Under the pieces are notes generated by a model that was not told the DNA's origin, did not search any database, and worked only from the letters and a program-made list of their open reading frames with translations. A stretch of 48,769 bases of DNA, counting the filler, from Jimgerdemannia flammicorona (Eukaryota): assembly GCA_003990765.1 (NCBI GenBank). It is 2 parts of 2 records of this genome, joined end to end, with 100 filler letters (N's around TTAATTAATTAA, not from the genome) between each part and the next. Parts side by side here need not be neighbours in the genome. Positions count along the whole stretch, not along the records: positions 1 to 24,337 come from RBNJ01000988.1; positions 24,438 to 48,769 come from RBNJ01000989.1. One strand, given 5' to 3'. This document shows, one piece after another, positions 12,864 through 24,492 of this stretch. Numbering within the stretch: the stretch's first letter is position 1; the number at the start of each line of letters is the position of its first letter. A program made the translations under genes and the position numbers.

Positions 12864-15800
12864 GGTATGAGGGAAAGTATATCTTGAGGTGATTGATGTA
12901 TACTGGTGTTCTCAGAGTTTGCCCATCCATGCTTCTTAAATAGATGCTGGTTCCTCTGATGTTGTGTACAAGATAAGGTTCTTCCCATTTCGGTTCTAGT
13001 TTGGCAGCAAAGTTTGTCTCAATCATGCTTCTCCAAACTAGGACTTAATCTCCAATCTTAATCTCCTGATCCTTCTGTTTTTGGTTATAGTACTTCTTTT
13101 GTCTTTTCTGGGCTTTGATAATCTGTCCTTGGGCTTGATTTTGTAACTGTTCTGCCTTCTTGAGGAGGTCTCTGAGATTCTCATAGTCAGCAGTTCTGGT
13201 TCCCTTGGCAAACATCATTTTGAATGGCTTTTGTTTAGTGGACATAACAGGGGTATTCCGAATTTCTCATAGGATCTCAGGTAAGCAGAGGTCCCAATTA
13301 GTAGGGTTGACTTGGGCAAGTTCTTTCTTGATGGTCTGGTTCATTCTTTCTGTCATGCCATTGGTCTGAGGGTGGTATGATGTGGTCCTTTTTAGGTGGA
13401 TCTTGTGAATTCAGGCATAACTTGTGATTATGTTGTTGATGAATTCTGTGCCTCAGTCAGAGATGAGTTCTTCTGGAGGTCCATATCTGAGTGTGAGTTC
13501 ATGGAGGAGGCCTACAATGGTTAAGGCATCTGTGATTTCCATTGGGAAAGCCTCAGGTCACTTGGTCAGATGTTCTACAAATATAAGAATTTATTTGTTT
13601 TTTCTTGGTGTAACTGGTAGAGATCTAATTACATCTACTCTCCATCTTTGAAAGATATGAGTGGGTGGGGAAATCAGTTGCAGAGGGGCTTGATAGTTCT
13701 TCTTTTCTTGGTACTTCTGGCAGATATCACATTTCTGGATGATATCCCGAACTTGAGTTCTGAGGTGGGGCTAATGTTGATATTGTTTTTGAATCCTGTC
13801 TTCTATACTTGTCTGTCCTTAGTGGGCTTTCTGATGTTCTTTTCAGATAAGATCTTCTTGTGCTTTGACAGTCTGAGGAGCTTCCTTTAGGGTGTGGTTC
13901 CTCGGGACACCCTTCCTCTAATTCATTGGGGCTGGTGGAAAAGTACATCAATATTGTTGTGGGCTTTCCCTGCTTTATGGATGATGGTGATTTTGTAATC
14001 ATGAAGGATAAGGATCCAGCGGGCTAGAATTCCGGCAGGTTTCTTGCAGTTGAATAGCTATTTGAGAGCTGCATGGTCTGTGATCAGGGTGAACCTTTTT
14101 CTGATGAGGTAATACTTGAACAGGGTGACCACCCATATGACTGCAAGGCATTCCAGTTTGGTGCTACCATAGTTCATCTGCTGCTGATTGGTGGCTCTGC
14201 TTGTATAAGCTATCACATAGTGCTGTTGGTCAGGTCCCTCTTGGGCTAGAACTGCTCCTAGGCCATCTTTGGAAGCATCTGTATACAAGATGAATGGCTT
14301 CTGTAGATTGGGGCGCATGAAGATTGGTGCTGTAGTCATGTGGTTCTTGAGTTCTCTGAAGGCTTTTTCCTATGATTCTGTCCATTTGAATGTCTTTTCT
14401 TTCTTGAGAAGGATTCAGATTGGGGCAGTGATTTGGGCAAAATCCTTGATGAACCTTCTGTAGTAGGATACTAGTATCAGAAATGATAGTGTTTCTTTTG
14501 GAGTCTTGGGTACTGGCCAATTGTTGATCTTCTCAGTTTTCTTTGAGTCTGCATGAGTTCCTTCTTTTGAGACCACAAATCCCAGGAATTCAAGTTTCTG
14601 TTTTCCAAAGTAGCATTTCTTTGTATTCAGTCTCAAGTGATTCTTGTGGATAAGCTTGAAGAATTCCTCTAGGTGGTGCAGATATTCTTCAAAATTTGCT
14701 GAATAGATGTTGGAATCATCCATGTATACAATCAGACAGTAGTGGATCAAGGGGGCATAGACTGAATTCATCATCCTCTGGAAGGTGGGGGGGTACATTG
14801 TAAAGTCCAAAGGGCATTTGGAGGTATTCAAACAGTTTCCTAGAGTAAGAAAGACTGTCTTTTGAATGTCCTTAGGATTCATGGGGATCTCATGGAATCC
14901 TGCAAAGAGGTCTATACTGCTGAAGTATCTGGTATCTTGTAACTGATCCAAAAGGTCATTGATTCTGGGCAAAGGATAAGCATTCTTTTCAGTGACTGAG
15001 TTGAGTTTTCTGTAATCCATGCAGAGTCTCCATCCTTCTTTCTTTGGTACAATAAGTATAGGGCTGGCCCAGGGGCTGGTAGAGGGTCGGATGACTCCAT
15101 TGTCTAAGAGTTCTTGGATGTACTCCTTTTCGAATGTTTTCAAGTGATAGGGTATTCTATAGGATTTCTGCTGGATGGGTATTGCACTTCCTGTATTTAT
15201 GCTGTGGTGGTATGATGGATTGTATGGCAGGTTGCCATAATCAGTAGTGAAGATATCTTGATATTTGTTGAGGAGTTCTACTAGTTGTTGCTGTTGTTGA
15301 GGTGTCAATTCTTCTCCAATATTGGTGGAAGGCTTCACTGTCTCCTGGGTCACAGAGGGGCCTTTCCTTTCTTCTGAGACCTTTTGCCATTTCCCAATAG
15401 GTTTAGTTCATAAACTTCCCTATGAGTTTGGTTGAGGAAAGGCACCAGATGTCCTATGATGGTTCCTTTTGGCAGGATGATGGTCTCCCAACTTTGGTTG
15501 GTTGCTTGGGAGTGTACTGGATTCATCTTGTCAGGGAATGTGTGTCTCTCTATGTCTAGGTGTGGGATATCTTCCTTAGGTTCAAAGAAAAGGTTTCTGG
15601 AGTCAGGTGGTGTAAAGATTTCGAAAGTAGTTTGTTCTCCAGACTCCAGAATGAGATTCTTGTGCAGTCTGACTGATTGCTGGTATACTTGCTGGGGAAC
15701 ATTCCTCTTGAGGCAGTTGACTTGAAGAAGATGTACCTCTTTTCTGTCTGAACTTCCAAATCCCTTGGCTTGTCTTATTCCTTCAGTTAGTTCAGAGACT

Positions 15801-18800
15801 TCCTGTAACTGTGGAGTCTTGACCTTCATAAAGACTGCTTGGGCAATCTTCTGTCCTCTAATGATTCGGTGCCATTCTGCACTGCTATTGTATAGGATAA
15901 CCTTGATTTCGCCTATATATCCAGGGTCAATGGTTCCTCCTTCTACAGTTATTCCTTGTCTGGCAAGTCTGGACCTTGAGGTCAGTTGAATATAAGCTCC
16001 TTGAGGTGGCTGCATGGCTAATCTGGTTCTGACCATGAAGGTTTTTCTGGGCTTGATGGATTCGTCCTCTAGGCTGTGAAGATCATATCCTATATTCTCT
16101 GGGTGGGCTTTGGTCAGGGGTTTGGCCTTGGGGTGCAGCAGAGCATACTGGGCAATGTCCTTGCTGAGTTCAGGCTTCTCTAAGGCTGAAGCTCTACTAG
16201 CAGAAAGCCTCCAAGCTCTAAGGTTGAGGTGTGGCCATCTGGCTCCAGTAGAGGGGTCTCAGAGGTAATTGATCCCCCTCCTTCCTATAGGGTCAAGGGC
16301 TTCCATGAAGTTGGTGGCATCTTCTGCCCATCCTTGGCAGGTTACATGTCTGATAAGAGCTAGGATGTCTTCTCCCAAATCATAGATCTTGAGAGTTCTT
16401 TTTCCGGGCTTCTTGGTCTGGCTTTTTTGAATCTGACTTTTTTGAATCTGGCTTCAGTTATCTCCTTTCTTCAAGGTGTGCACTGTAACATCATGACTGA
16501 GGTGAATCTTCTGATGTCTGCAGTCTTGGCAATCAGGGTGTCTCCCATGGTTATAATATCCCATTGCTCGGAAGTGATATTCCTGGCTATTTATCTCTTG
16601 TTGTCTTGGGAATCGGTACCCATCTTGATCATAGGTTGGGGGAAGGGTAGACAAGGGGTATATTTCTGTTCAGGTAAAGAAGTCTTGTCCTCTAATTCGA
16701 CTTTGTAACCTTGTGGTGACTTCCTGAAAGGTGGTAGACTGTGCAAGAGTAGTTGGGGGTTCTGGTCTCTGGGGTCTCTGTCTTTCTTGTTGATCCAACA
16801 GATGATACTGATAGCAATAGTCTCAGGGAGAATAGAAGACCATTTGATGTGGACATCTTCCTAGCCAGAAAGCTTTCTCTTGGTAGGTTTCTTTCTTGGG
16901 GATTATGGTGATAGTACTGAGTCCTTCCTCTGTATTCCAGGGGTCATTGTCTTCAGGTGGTGTCCAGCGAGAGTCATCCCAGGGGATGAGTTTGGGAACT
17001 TCTTCTTCATCAGGTGCTTCTTGTTCAGGAACTTCTTGGTCAGAAGTTTCTTCTTCCTCAGGTGATTCTTGACCCCAAATTGCTTGTACCTCTGCAGCTT
17101 CAGTTGCAGGTATTTCTGGAACATGTCTGCATTTCTTCTTCTTTCTTCTGTATCCTGGGCAGGCTGCACCAGGCGATTTTCTTGTTCCCATGATCTTGGA
17201 GGAGTGCTTGGGACACTTGTGTCTCTTGAGGCATATGGGGCATCCTTTGGCTTCTCCTGCAATGGCTCCAATAGTGATGGGGATAGTGTTCTTAGCCCAC
17301 ATATTGTCTTCTGGTCTGTCATCCACCAGGTTAATCCGAGGATTGAGTCTGGGATCATTTCCATCTTCGGATTCTTCTTCCTCTTCTGTAGTAGACTCCT
17401 CACTACTGACATATTCTTCTTGAATAGTGACCTTCTTCTTCTTCTTTGATTGCTCATATGTAGCTGGTCATCTTAACTCTATACTTCTTACCTCAGTAGT
17501 CAAACTTGAGTACTTGTTGGCCAATATCAACAACTGCATTCATTTCCTTCATCTAGTTGGTACTAAGAATTATGTCATAAGTGACAGCTTCAGTGACAAC
17601 AGCTTTGGGGATGGAGAACTGAATGTGTCCAAGAGAGATAGTGATGTTTCACACTTCTCCAAGGGGTTGAGTTTGGGCTCCATCTGCTACTATGATGCTG
17701 AGGTTGGATGGTCCATCAATGGGCCATTGGAGGGTGTCCAAGAATCGTTTGGCAATGACACAGACAGCTGCTCCTGTATCTATGAGGATTTTCACTTTTT
17801 GTCCTCCAATATCTCCATGTAAGTAGGTGCTGATATGTCTTTCAGCTGCTTGGACCAGGATGGAAGCTGGTTCTTGCTGTGGGATTGGAACTCGGCCAGT
17901 GCTAGACCTGGTGGTTCTCAGCAATTTGTTTCAGACTCCAGCTGGTGTCAATTGCAAGAACTGCAGAAGAGGAACTTCTATCTTGGCTTCTTGGATCTTC
18001 TGCCAGGCTTCATTATAAATGTCTCTAGGCATGGTCTTTAGAGTATACTTTTTCTTAGGCCTTGGAGCAGCAGGTTCTCATTCTTCTTGTTCCATTTCTT
18101 CATCTTCTGGTAGCAATTCATTTGTCACAGGCACAAAAGGTGAGGGGGTTCGGGGAGGTGTTTCAACTTGTTCCTTCTCATGTTCTTTATCTTCTTCTTG
18201 AATGATTCTCCTGCTGATGTTCCTGGATGGTCTTCCCACAGGTCTCTTTCTTTTTTCTGCTGGGTAGACTGTCTTTCGGGTGGTAACCTTAGTAGGATAC
18301 AAGTCTAGGTCACTGTAGTCTTCACTGTTGCTTGCTTTCTCGAAATCTTCAACAGGATGGGCTTCAGTCTTCTTGTACTGAGTGTCATTCCTTTGGTTTG
18401 GTGGTTCTGAGTCCCTTTGGTCACTTCTTTTGTTGTCACATTCAGTGGCATAGTGTCTGAATTGTCCACAGTGGAAGCATTGAACTTGGGCTCTATCTCA
18501 GACAGGGTACCTTCTTTCTTCTTGCTGGTAATTTCTGTTATCTCTTGGTGGATAACCTTGGCTCCTCTGTGGTGGATACCCTCTGTTGTTTTGGTAGTCC
18601 CGATTTTCATATATGGTGAGTTTTTCAATCTGTCCAACCAATTGGTCTAACTTAGAGCTGAGGTCTTGAATTTCACTTCTGTCCTTCTTTCCTTCCTTGG
18701 CTGACCTTCTTTCTTCAGACCTTTCTTGTCCTTGAAGGAGTCCTTGCAGGGCTTTGACCAGGATATCTTCTTTATCTTCCTTCTTGTCATGATCACTCCA

Positions 18801-19890
18801 GGTAGTTCCTTGCCTGACATCAAAGAATCTTTGGGCTGCATCTACTTGCTCTTCAGACCTTCTGATACCTAGGGTGTGGACATACTGGGCAATATTCAGA
18901 GGAATTCCATTCATGAAGGTCATTGGACCTATGATGTCTTGGTTGGTGGCATTGAACCCAGCAGAATGCATTCTCTTCTGGATTCTTGTGAAGAAGGCTC
19001 TGGGTGATTCTCCAAGATTTATCTTCATTCCCATAATAGATTCCTGAGCCTTGTGGCGGGTTTCATTTCCTGCATACTTTTCAATGAGCCAGTGGACCAT
19101 GGCCTCATATTCTAGCTTATCAGAGAATACTGCTTGTATCTGTCTTGCCAGTTCTGAATCTGAGTTGTTTGCTGTTCGGTAGAAAATTCCTCTAGCTGGT
19201 TCTCTAAGCTGGGCTTTGTAGATGGCGATTTTTCTTTCATCTGAGAGGTTTCTCAAGGCTGCAATTCCTTCAATTCTATCAAGAAATTCTCTGGGGTCTT
19301 CCTCCAGGTATCCTGCAAAGGTTGGCAATGAGGTGGCCATTTCATTGTCACTTTCTTCTGATTCTGGTTCAGGTTCAGATTCTGATTCTGATTCACTTTC
19401 TGAACTGTCACTAGAGACAGGAGTACTTGGGTATCTTGAAGATGGTGTTCTGGTCCTTGGGTGAGGTGGAATAGACCTAGGTATTCTTGTAGGAGCTACT
19501 TCTGGTCCTGCAAAGGGTTGTGGTAGGGATTCTATTGGTGAGATTGGTGGGACTAATGTGGGGTGTCTGGCTGTAAAGTGTTGGGTCTGGGTAATAAGGT
19601 CTTCTAGTTCTTGTGCAAGTTCTCCAAAAACTCTAGCAGGGCTGCCTGTATTGTTGTCTGGTTGATCTGATTGATCTGATTGATCTGGTTGATCTGATTG
19701 ATCTGGTTGGGGATTTTGGGCTGTACTGTCTCCTGCTTCTGGTTGGGATCCTTCTGATGCTGGGTAGTTAGTAAGCCTTGAGGTGATTACTTCTCTTCCT
19801 GTCCAAATGCTAGTGATGACTGGTTCTCCTGTAGTGGCAGAGGTTGGTGTTGTATCAAATGTATCCAGTTTGACTGTGGGTTCTTATGAG
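12845..19890 (-). pseudogene. Gag-Pol polyprotein of Gypsy-1, disrupted
   Basis: Gag LPTFAG..EDPREFL; zinc knuckle CFHCGQFRHYATEC (about 18440-18485); protease LIDTGAA; RT SPWASPILIVPKK...YMDD; RNase H LYTDAS; integrase ISD*GTEF and YHPQTNG. The 5' start is approximate. Confidence 0.92.
15746..16155 (-). pseudogene. dUTPase domain within Gypsy-1 pol (between PR and RT)
   Basis: All five trimeric dUTPase motifs are present: GYDL, SRSRLA, GGTIDPGYIGEI, KIAQAV, RQAKGFGSS. Confidence 0.93.
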
Positions 19891-19916
19891 CTGAAAAGTC
19901 ACGTTGATTTGAAATC

Positions 19917-19934
19917 TTCCCAGTTGAGCCCCCA
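19917..19934 (-). promoter_or_regulatory. Primer-binding site, tRNA-Pro-like
   Basis: TGGGGGCTCAACTGGGAA lies 2 nt after the 5' LTR and matches the classical tRNA-Pro PBS TGGGGGCTCGTCCGGGAT at 14/18 positions. Confidence 0.75.
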
Positions 19935-19936
19935 AA

Positions 19937-21378
19937 TGTAACGTGCCGGCTCAATGGAGGCAAATTACATGGTTGGGAGTTGATGTAGTTTGGCTTGAGC
20001 CCCCAGTTACTTTGTCAAAAAGCAACAAAATGTTCTAAGATTCCTAAGGTCCTTGGTATTTAGTGGTATAATAGTCAAAGCTGGATATCTGCGAGCGATT
20101 TGTATGTCAATTTCCTAATTGGGATGGTTCTCTGGGTGTAGTGGCAATTTGTGTGAATGGGTTTCCTTCCTGGGTCAACTGGGAATGGTAGAATTTGTGT
20201 GTAGCGCGAGCAGTTTCCTTCTTGAGTAATGGGTAATTCCTATGTAGTATGATGATCTCCTTGTGCATAACGGTCTGGCAATTTAGCAGTTCTCTTTATG
20301 CAGTTTCTGCGTAATGATCTCCATATAGTATGACAATTTTCAAAAGTATGCGATTTCTGGCAGATAGCTCGATTTGGCTCACTGGAAATATATGGCATGG
20401 TTTCTTCGGTACTGGGCTCACTGGAAATGACGAATAACTCAGGTAGCTCTTCTGGGAGTGCAGATAACTTGAAGGTGGCAGGCAATGCAGATTTGGCAGG
20501 CTTCTTAAAAGTAGCAGCTTAACTGGGAATTAACTCGGATAGCACGGACTCTTCTTGAATCAGTTTCAACTGGAAATATGATGGATAATTCAAAAATGGC
20601 AAGTGATGCAGATTCTTCCTGAATTGGTGGGCTCTAACTGGGAAATGGGATGGCAGCTTGAAAAGGGTCTCTTGGCAAAGTTACATTAAAGACTGGCTTC
20701 ATTTGCATGGGGTTATGTCATAGACTGGCTCCACTGCGAAGTTGTATCAGAAACTGACTTGAGCAAGACAGCTTTCTCTTAGGTGGAAATCTTCAGGCTT
20801 ATCTGGCAAGTGTACCAAAAGCATGGCTTATTTCTTAAGTAGTGGGTTCTTCAAAAGGCAGTGAAGTTCTCCTTGAACTTAGGTGGCAAAATCAGCTTTG
20901 TATTGGAAAGTGGACTGGAGTGGAAAGGGGAAATAAGCTCACAATCTCCTAACAGTGACTGTAGAGTTCCTCTCAAAGTGTGGTAGGCAGACTTGTCTTT
21001 TGCTTCAATTTCAGACTTTTTGGACTAAGGTTTATTCACTCTCGTCTCTGGGGTAATTTATACAAGTTGGTTGCTATCTGGTTACTATGTGGCTAACTAT
21101 AGATTTGCTATCTTCAGTAATGTTTGGGTGTGTCCTCTGGGTACAGGTGTGTCCACAGGATATGAGTGTGTCTGCAGGACATGAGTGTGTCCACAGGACA
21201 TGAGTGTGTCCTCAGGATACAGGTAAACAATCCTGATCTAATGTCTTGGCTAATTATAAGTATGGTGGGCATGAGTAACTATGATATACTGGAAGTCACA
21301 TCATGCTGAGTAAGTATGCTAATTGTTTGCATCATCTGGCTAAGTTATAATTCAAGTGATATGTTTTGGTCTGTTACA
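19937..21378 (-). repeat. 5' LTR (1442 bp) of Gypsy-1
   Basis: Termini TGTAAC...GTTACA; direct repeat of 10870-12311. Confidence 0.95.
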
Positions 21379-21430
21379 ATAGATAAGAGTACTGATTATC
21401 TTACTTATAATAATATAAAGATGGAAAATA

Positions 21431-21707
21431 TAGCTACTAATACTTCTAAATAAATTAAATCAATTTAAATTAAATTGAGAATCCAATTTGAATACTATTT
21501 TTAGAAATATATATAATAACTCAATAAAAATATATTCAAATTTAATAATCTTTAACTTATTAGATTTAGATATATATTTATTGAGTTATTATATATATTT
21601 TGAAAAATAGAGTTTAAATTGAATTTTGAATTAAATTAGCATTTGATTCAATTTGAATCAAATTATATTAGATCTTTAATTTAATTTATTGGAAATACTA
21701 ATAGCTA
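21431..21707. mobile_element. MITE-like foldback palindrome
   Basis: The ends are inverted (tagctactaatacttctaaataaattaaat vs atttaatttattggaaatactaatagcta). An inner ~40-bp arm pair (ctatttttagaaatatatataataactcaataaaaatatat and its near-perfect reverse complement) is centred at about 21553. Confidence 0.7.
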
Positions 21708-22924
21708 CTAGTATTGATAAATAGTTCTTAATACTTGTAAGTAATAGTTATTTAGTAGTAAAATAGATTAGTAATATCTGAGTTCTAATAGCAGTTATTT
21801 AGTTTTTTTTAGAAGATATCTGATTTAGAAATAACTTGAAATCTATCTAATTTAATAATATATTCAAGATAGCCTATTTGATTTTTATGAAGTAGTGAGA
21901 TATTAGACTATAGATATTTTCTAAAAGTTTAGCTTTAATAGTAAAATTAATAATTACTTATTAAATATCAGAGTAGATATAGTTATAAATAATTGAGAAT
22001 ATATTTATTTATAATAAATCTATTTATATTTATTTAGAAGTTATTATAGTTCTTAAAATTTAATATAAATATTTAGTAGGTCTGATTTATATGCTATCTG
22101 ATACTTATTTAATAAGATTTTATAATATTAGTTATAACTTATTTTTAACTTAGCTTTATATTTTATTAAATACTATTATTTCTTAGATAATTTCTAGATT
22201 TAGTTCTTATGTTCTGTAACTTTGAATTGACTAAGCATTATTACTTATTTATATGGTTTCTGAATTTGATTAATTATAACTAATAATCTTAGAGACTTAA
22301 AAGCTATATACTTATATCTTTAGTCATATCTCTACTAATTATAATTTCTTCTTCAGCTATATATCTGTTCAGCCTCAGGATTTTCAGTTATACTTTCCTA
22401 CCCCTGACCTCTGCTCATCATCTAACCCATCATCTGACCCATCATCTGATTCTCCTTTCTGTCAATACTATATTTCTTCTCTCTATTATTATAAACTTAA
22501 TAACTCTCTTCTTTTCTTTTATTATAATATACTATCTCTCTATATCTTCTATTCTCTCTCCTATTAGACTTACCCTCAATAGAGTATATCTGAGAAGGTG
22601 AAGTAAAAATTGTTTAATATGTTGCTTTTTGCAAAAGGATGTGTTTGTAGCTTGGCTCTCTTCAAATAGTTCAAGCAAAAGAAGTCTAATAGTTCTATAA
22701 TTATAATTTTACTATTAAATATATTTTAATAAGTTACTAATTAATTTAATATTTATTCAGATTATATATTTTAAAATATATATTATAAACAGCTTGATTT
22801 TTTATCTAGCTATAGATTCTTAACAAGTTGTCTTTTAATTATATTTTTGATCAACTACGAAAGAATAATAATCAAACAAAGAAAAGGATAAGTGGCTTGG
22901 TAATTACACAATATAAATAGATTC

Positions 22925-24184
22925 ATGTCCGTTCTCCCTTTGGCTCTCAGCCCCGCCATGGTCTTCCGCAAAACAAAGGCCTTCCGGACCCCCCGCGCCG
23001 TCTCCGAACCCCTCCTCGCCATCTCTGAACCCCTCCGCGCCATCTCTGAACCACTCCGCGCTCCCCCTCTCCCTTTCGAGCTCATCATACACATCCTCTC
23101 CTTTCTTCCTTGGGAGCAAGTGGTAGGATGCTACTCCACACTCCCGACCGCCTTAATCGACATCGTCCTCTCGCAGCACCTCTCCCTGGCCAACCGAAAC
23201 AGTGACCGGCCGTTATTTAGCCTTTTGTCCTCCATGTCGGACGCCTCCTTCATATCGGACATCTGGCTAAACTACGCCGGCCTGGATCGCGACGCCCGCA
23301 TCCTGTGGCTGGTACCAGACGCGACCAGGACATATTTCCTATTCGATCCCCAATTGTCTTGGTATAGTTATTTCTCACTCAGTCTGCTCGGCCGCGCTAG
23401 CAAGGAGATGGGCTGGTTCTACGAGCTCCTACCGTACGTCAAGGTGGTCAGTCGAAAGGAAGGAGAGACGCGGGAGGACCTCCTTGCGAGACTTAGGGGG
23501 AGCCGCTTCAGGCTGTGTGGTTTGGATTACATCGTCGAAGGGTACATGACTGCATGCGTAGCTTCATACGACGACCTTGTGGAGCTCGAGGAGGCGATGC
23601 GACTTGACGACGACGAATTCCAGGCCGCATTGCAGCAAGAACAACTGCCACTGTCAGACATCATCGAGGCCTACGAGACCGCGAACAGCCCCCACCGGCC
23701 GCCTACCCCAGTACGTCGGATCCTACCGCAGACAATCTTTTCTTCGACATTTCCGAATTATAAGGGTGCTTTATTTGTCGACCGCGTCGGCATAACGTTC
23801 AACAGCTTTCTCGCCTCCTTCTCTCACGCTTTCCCGGGCTCTTCCAAGTTCATAACATGCACCCCCACCGACCCATCAGGAATCACTACCTTATTCCCGC
23901 GCCGGATTCGGCGCGTACAACAAGTGGTGCAGGATGCGTACCCGAGTTTCTGTGCGCGGGAGTTGATGATGTTGAGGGCCGGAACGGTGCGTGTGGGGTG
24001 GTCGGCGTCGTATGAGAGCGGAGAAGGAATGAGCGAGACCGATGTGTATATGATGCTGTTTAGGGAAGAGATATTGGGTGGTGGGGGGGAGATGGATGCG
24101 GCAGTCAGGGCGAGGGCGAAGAAATTGCAATCATTAAAGAATGAGTTGAAGAGGTTGAAGATTACGACCAATAGGGGATGGTAA
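22925..24184 (+). CDS. F-box domain protein, 419 aa, intronless
   Basis: Long CpG-rich ORF with an F-box signature LPFELIIHILSFLP near the N-terminus. The C-terminal region is not recognised. Confidence 0.8.
   Translation: MSVLPLALSPAMVFRKTKAFRTPRAVSEPLLAISEPLRAISEPLRAPPLPFELIIHILSFLPWEQVVGCYSTLPTALIDIVLSQHLSLANRNSDRPLFSLLSSMSDASFISDIWLNYAGLDRDARILWLVPDATRTYFLFDPQLSWYSYFSLSLLGRASKEMGWFYELLPYVKVVSRKEGETREDLLARLRGSRFRLCGLDYIVEGYMTACVASYDDLVELEEAMRLDDDEFQAALQQEQLPLSDIIEAYETANSPHRPPTPVRRILPQTIFSSTFPNYKGALFVDRVGITFNSFLASFSHAFPGSSKFITCTPTDPSGITTLFPRRIRRVQQVVQDAYPSFCARELMMLRAGTVRVGWSASYESGEGMSETDVYMMLFREEILGGGGEMDAAVRARAKKLQSLKNELKRLKITTNRGW
22990..23062 (+). repeat. 21-bp coding tandem repeat (RAVSEPL/LAISEPL/RAISEPL)
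   Basis: Three copies of cgccatctctgaaccc-like units just before the F-box. Confidence 0.85.
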
Positions 24185-24337
24185 AGAAGGGCTTATGTGT
24201 AGAATGCGGGTTGGAACGAGGTGGCGTTTGGCATTCATCTATTTTGTTCTATCACGTCTTTGAGGATAGGCATTGCCCCCCTCCCCCCTTTTTTTTATTT
24301 TTTTATTTTAATAAACCTTTTTTGCTTATATAAAAAA

Positions 24338-24437
24338 NNNNNNNNNNNNNNNNNNNNNNNNNNNNNNNNNNNNNNNNNNNNTTAATTAATTAANNNNNNN
24401 NNNNNNNNNNNNNNNNNNNNNNNNNNNNNNNNNNNNN
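24338..24437. other. Artificial contig linker / assembly gap
   Basis: 44 N + TTAATTAATTAA (stop codons in all six frames) + 44 N, exactly 100 bp. Confidence 0.95.
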
Positions 24438-24492
24438 AAAAAAAAAAAAAAAAAAAAAAGAGTTCAGTAAAGAAATCCTGCGAAGTCGATAC

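Larger units (their letters stand above)
10870..21378 (-). mobile_element. Complete Ty3/Gypsy LTR retrotransposon with dUTPase and an extra 3' ORF (inactivated)
   Basis: Two 1442-bp LTRs (TGTAAC...GTTACA; the left copy starts with decayed TATAAC). 4-bp TSD ATAG at 10866-10869 and 21379-21382. PBS and PPT present. Domain order gag-PR-dUTPase-RT-RH-IN. Confidence 0.96.

Noticed and set aside
15350..17470. Programmed frameshifts flanking the insert-dUTPase block
   Set aside because: Frame changes exist, but the element has several other decay indels and no clear slippery site was identified. A family consensus is needed.
24382..24393. TTAATTAATTAA palindrome
   Set aside because: It is a six-frame stop spacer flanked symmetrically by Ns, i.e. 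an assembly artefact.
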